Source of the DNA: an uncultured Methylomirabilota bacterium
GTDB lineage: Bacteria > Methylomirabilota > Methylomirabilia > Methylomirabilales > 2-02-FULL-66-22
Direction of reading: 5' to 3'
NCBI GenBank assembly: GCA_963845565.1
Contig: CAWJSJ010000006.1
Span: forward strand, 43,386 to 107,385
Length of the DNA stretch: 64,000 nt
Position 1 is the stretch's first letter; every line of letters starts with the position of its first letter. Made by a program: the position numbers and the translations under genes. Below, piece by piece: positions 61,470 through 64,000 of this stretch. The notes beneath the pieces were generated by a model. It was not told the origin of the DNA. It made no database searches and worked only from the letters and a program-made list of their open reading frames with translations.

Positions 61470-61678
61470 ACGAGATCGGTACGGTCCCAATTGAAAGATG
61501 GTCGGCCGGTTGCGGTCGGCGTAAACACAGTCGGGGGTCGGTTCACGGATCGCGTCACGGTCATACGAACTATCAGGACTCCGACCGTAGCTCGGTAGTC
61601 GCTGGTAAGAGACCGGTCGGAGTTACCAAGGGGGTCGCGGGCTTCGGGAGGGGGAGCCTGAGGCCCCCTTGTTTTTTT
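61470..61678 (+). ncRNA. Candidate structured small RNA or attenuator
   Basis: Downstream of TTGACA (61434) and an AT-rich -10 region; perfect 10-bp stem actccgaccg/cggtcggagt; ends in a terminator; no substantial ORF. Confidence 0.35.
61628..61678 (+). terminator. Rho-independent terminator
   Basis: aagggggtc...ggccccctt stem (inner gggcttc/ggagcct) followed by gttttttt. Confidence 0.75.
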
Positions 61679-61833
61679 GGGTGTCGCCCGCGGCCAGCCG
61701 GGGCCGGGAGTCGGATCGAGTGATGCGCGCCGCGATGGTTGACTTGCCTCTATGATCTCTGATATCAAGCCGGTGGATCGTCCGGCTGATATGCAGCGAC
61801 ATTCGACTTGAGCGGCGACGGACAGGGGATGAG

Positions 61834-62637
61834 GTGGCGATGGGAGACCGCGTGCGGGGAAAGACGATCATCGTCACGGGTGCGGGCTCGATCGGGCCCG
61901 GCCTGGGAAACGGGAAGGCCGCCAGCATCCTGTATGCGCGCGAGGGCGGCCGGGTGTTTCTGGTGGACCGGGACCTGGCCGCGGCCGAGGAGACCCGACG
62001 GGCGATCGCCGACGTCGGCGGGGAGTCGGTGGCGTTCGCCTGCGATGTGACGTCCTCCGGCGAGTGCCGCCGCATGGTGGAGGGCTGCCTGGGCGCCTTC
62101 GGGGGCATCGACGTGCTCCACAACAACGTCGGGATCGCCATCCCCGGCGGGCCGGTCGAGTTGTCCGAAGACGATTGGGATCGGGTGATGCGGGTCAACG
62201 TGAAGAGCATGTTCCTGACCTGCAAACACGTCCTGCCGCAGATGGAGCGGCAGGGTCGGGGGGTGATCGTGAATATCGCCTCCCACAACGCCGTCCGGAG
62301 TCTGCCGGTCATCGCGATCGCCTATGCCGCTTCCAAGGCCGCCGTCATCGCCATGACGCGGGAAGTCGCGATGCAATATGCCGCAAAGGGGATTCGAGCG
62401 AACGCCATCCTGCCCGGGCTGATGGACACCCCCATGGTTGCGGCCCAGCTGACCGGCGCCTACGGCGGCGACCTCGAGGAGATGCGCATGCGCCGGGCGC
62501 AGCTTTGCCCCACCGGAAAGCAGGGCGATGCCTGGGATACCGCCCATGCAGCGCTGTTCCTGGCGTCCGAGGAGGCGAAGTACATCACCGGGACGACCCT
62601 GATGGTGGATGGCGGGATTACCTGCCGGGTCCGCTAG
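61834..62637 (+). CDS. Short-chain dehydrogenase/reductase
   Basis: TGAGSIGPGLGNG, HNNVG, YAASK, NAILPG, YITGTTLMVDGG. Confidence 0.92.
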   Translation: MAMGDRVRGKTIIVTGAGSIGPGLGNGKAASILYAREGGRVFLVDRDLAAAEETRRAIADVGGESVAFACDVTSSGECRRMVEGCLGAFGGIDVLHNNVGIAIPGGPVELSEDDWDRVMRVNVKSMFLTCKHVLPQMERQGRGVIVNIASHNAVRSLPVIAIAYAASKAAVIAMTREVAMQYAAKGIRANAILPGLMDTPMVAAQLTGAYGGDLEEMRMRRAQLCPTGKQGDAWDTAHAALFLASEEAKYITGTTLMVDGGITCRVR

Positions 62638-62867
62638 CCCGCATTGTTCGCGAACGCAGTTCGCGAACAATGCGGGCTTGATAAGACCCCTTGGGGGCGG
62701 CGGTCCGGAACGGATCAGGCGTCGCCGGTACGCGGTGGCACTGCACGCTTCTTGCGGATGGGTACCCGGTCCGCCCGCCACCCGCCTCCTCCCGCTGCCG
62801 GCGGGAATGGCTGCTCGTCAGGTCAGCCCGGATTCTTCACGAATCCTTCGTGAAGAATCCGGGCTGG
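62634..62867 (+). mobile_element. ~235-bp MITE-like element with two terminal hairpins (copy 2)
   Basis: Starts at CTAG containing the SDR stop; perfect stems agcccgcattgttcgcgaac/gttcgcgaacaatgcgggct and agcccggattcttcacgaa/ttcgtgaagaatccgggct; ends in CTGG. Confidence 0.82.
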
Positions 62868-62885
62868 AGGAGACCGACCGTGGAG

Positions 62886-63917
62886 ATGCGCGCGATCGTG
62901 AAGGCCGGCGAGGGGCCGGGGGTGGAGTGGCGGCGGGTGCCCGTTCCCGATCCCGGGCCGGAGGAGGTGCTGGTGCGGGTCACGGCGTCCGCCGTGTGCG
63001 GAACCGATCTGCACATCGCCCAGTGGAACGCCTGGGCGCGGAACGCCGGGATCCGGCTGCCCCTGGTGATGGGACATGAGTTCTGCGGTGAGGTCGTGGG
63101 CACCGGCAGCCGCGTGCGGGCGCTGAAGCCCGGGGCCTACGTCGCCGGAGAAACCCACCTTCCCTGCGGGGCATGCTATCAGTGCAGAAACGGCTTGCAG
63201 CACGTCTGCGGGAACCTGAAGCTTTTCGGCATCCACCGCGATGGGTGTTTTGCGGAGTACGCGACGATCCCGGAGCAGTGCGCCTATCCCGTGCCGGTGA
63301 CCATCCCGCCCCGGATCGCGGCCATGCTGGAACCGCTGGGCACCTCGCTCCGGGCGGTCCTGGAGATGGACGTCTCGGGCGGTTCCGTCGTCGTGATCGG
63401 CTGCGGCCCGATTGGGCTGTTCGCCATCGCGTCCGCCAGGGCGCTGGGCGCCTCCCGCATCATCGGTCTGGACGTGCGGGAAGAGCGGCTGGTTTTGGCG
63501 CGGAAGGTAGGCTGTGGCCTCATGCTCGATCCGCTCCACACGGATGTCACGGCGCGCATCCTCGAGGCCACCGACGGGGTGGGGGCCGATGCGATCATCG
63601 AGGCGTCCGGGAACGCTGCGGCGCTGGAGAGCGCCTTCCGCTTCCTGCGCAAGGGGGGTCGCTGCGCGCTGATCGGGTTGCCCTCAGCCCCCGTCCGGTT
63701 GAATCTCGGGCCGGATGTCATCTTCAAGGAGGCCACGATCGTCGGCATCCACGGACGGCAGATGTTTCGCACCTGGACCCGGATGGAGCAGTTACTGGCG
63801 AGCGGGTTGCTGAACGTGGACCCGGTGGTGACGCACGAGATGCCGCTGGAGCGGTACGGGGAGGCGCTGGCCTTGCTGGAGGCGGGCGAAGGGGGCAAGG
63901 TCATTCTGGTCCCGTGA
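62886..63917 (+). CDS. tdh: Zn-dependent dehydrogenase, L-threonine 3-dehydrogenase-like
   Basis: CGTDLHI, MGHEFCG, ETHLPCGACYQCRNG..HVC, EPLG, GCGPIG, GIHGRQMF.TW. Confidence 0.75.
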   Translation: MRAIVKAGEGPGVEWRRVPVPDPGPEEVLVRVTASAVCGTDLHIAQWNAWARNAGIRLPLVMGHEFCGEVVGTGSRVRALKPGAYVAGETHLPCGACYQCRNGLQHVCGNLKLFGIHRDGCFAEYATIPEQCAYPVPVTIPPRIAAMLEPLGTSLRAVLEMDVSGGSVVVIGCGPIGLFAIASARALGASRIIGLDVREERLVLARKVGCGLMLDPLHTDVTARILEATDGVGADAIIEASGNAAALESAFRFLRKGGRCALIGLPSAPVRLNLGPDVIFKEATIVGIHGRQMFRTWTRMEQLLASGLLNVDPVVTHEMPLERYGEALALLEAGEGGKVILVP

Positions 63918-64000
63918 CGCGCGCCACGAAACCCGCCTTGACGCGCCTCGGCGTCCGGTGATAGCTTTCCGCCGAGGTTGGCCCACGCGCTCGGTTGGGG

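Overview
GC-rich bacterial chromosomal window, probably a diderm (MsbA, KdtX-like GT2, WcaJ). The taxon cannot be established from sequence alone. Layout: (1) 1-4.7 kb: a branched-chain amino-acid-type ABC importer operon (livK/H/M/G, minus strand). Its intergenic spacers carry periodic micro-repeats. One spacer holds a GxxExxY (PD-(D/E)XK-like) nuclease gene embedded in 9-bp-periodic inverted repeats and flanked by an exact 55-bp direct repeat. This is the best candidate here for an undescribed repeat/nuclease mobile system. (2) 5.2-49.7 kb: a ~45-kb mosaic surface-glycan island with wzm/wzt, gmd, rmd, per, two sugar N-acyltransferases, an ACP fused to an LnmK/Pnap_2097-like domain, four methyltransferases, many GT4/GT2 enzymes, wcaJ, msbA, a Dpm1-like synthase and about eight GT-C-type membrane proteins. 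Two genes are bracketed by direct repeats, and two transcription units share a duplicated promoter-leader. (3) 49.8-64 kb: hutH, EamA, a homocysteine S-methyltransferase-family gene, cydAB, formiminotransferase, a TAXI-TRAP transporter, an SDR and a tdh-like gene. Three families of short palindromic/MITE-like elements begin at or overlap gene stop codons, and there is a candidate structured sRNA. Four genes carry apparent single-base insertions, which are either sequencing indels or recent inactivation.
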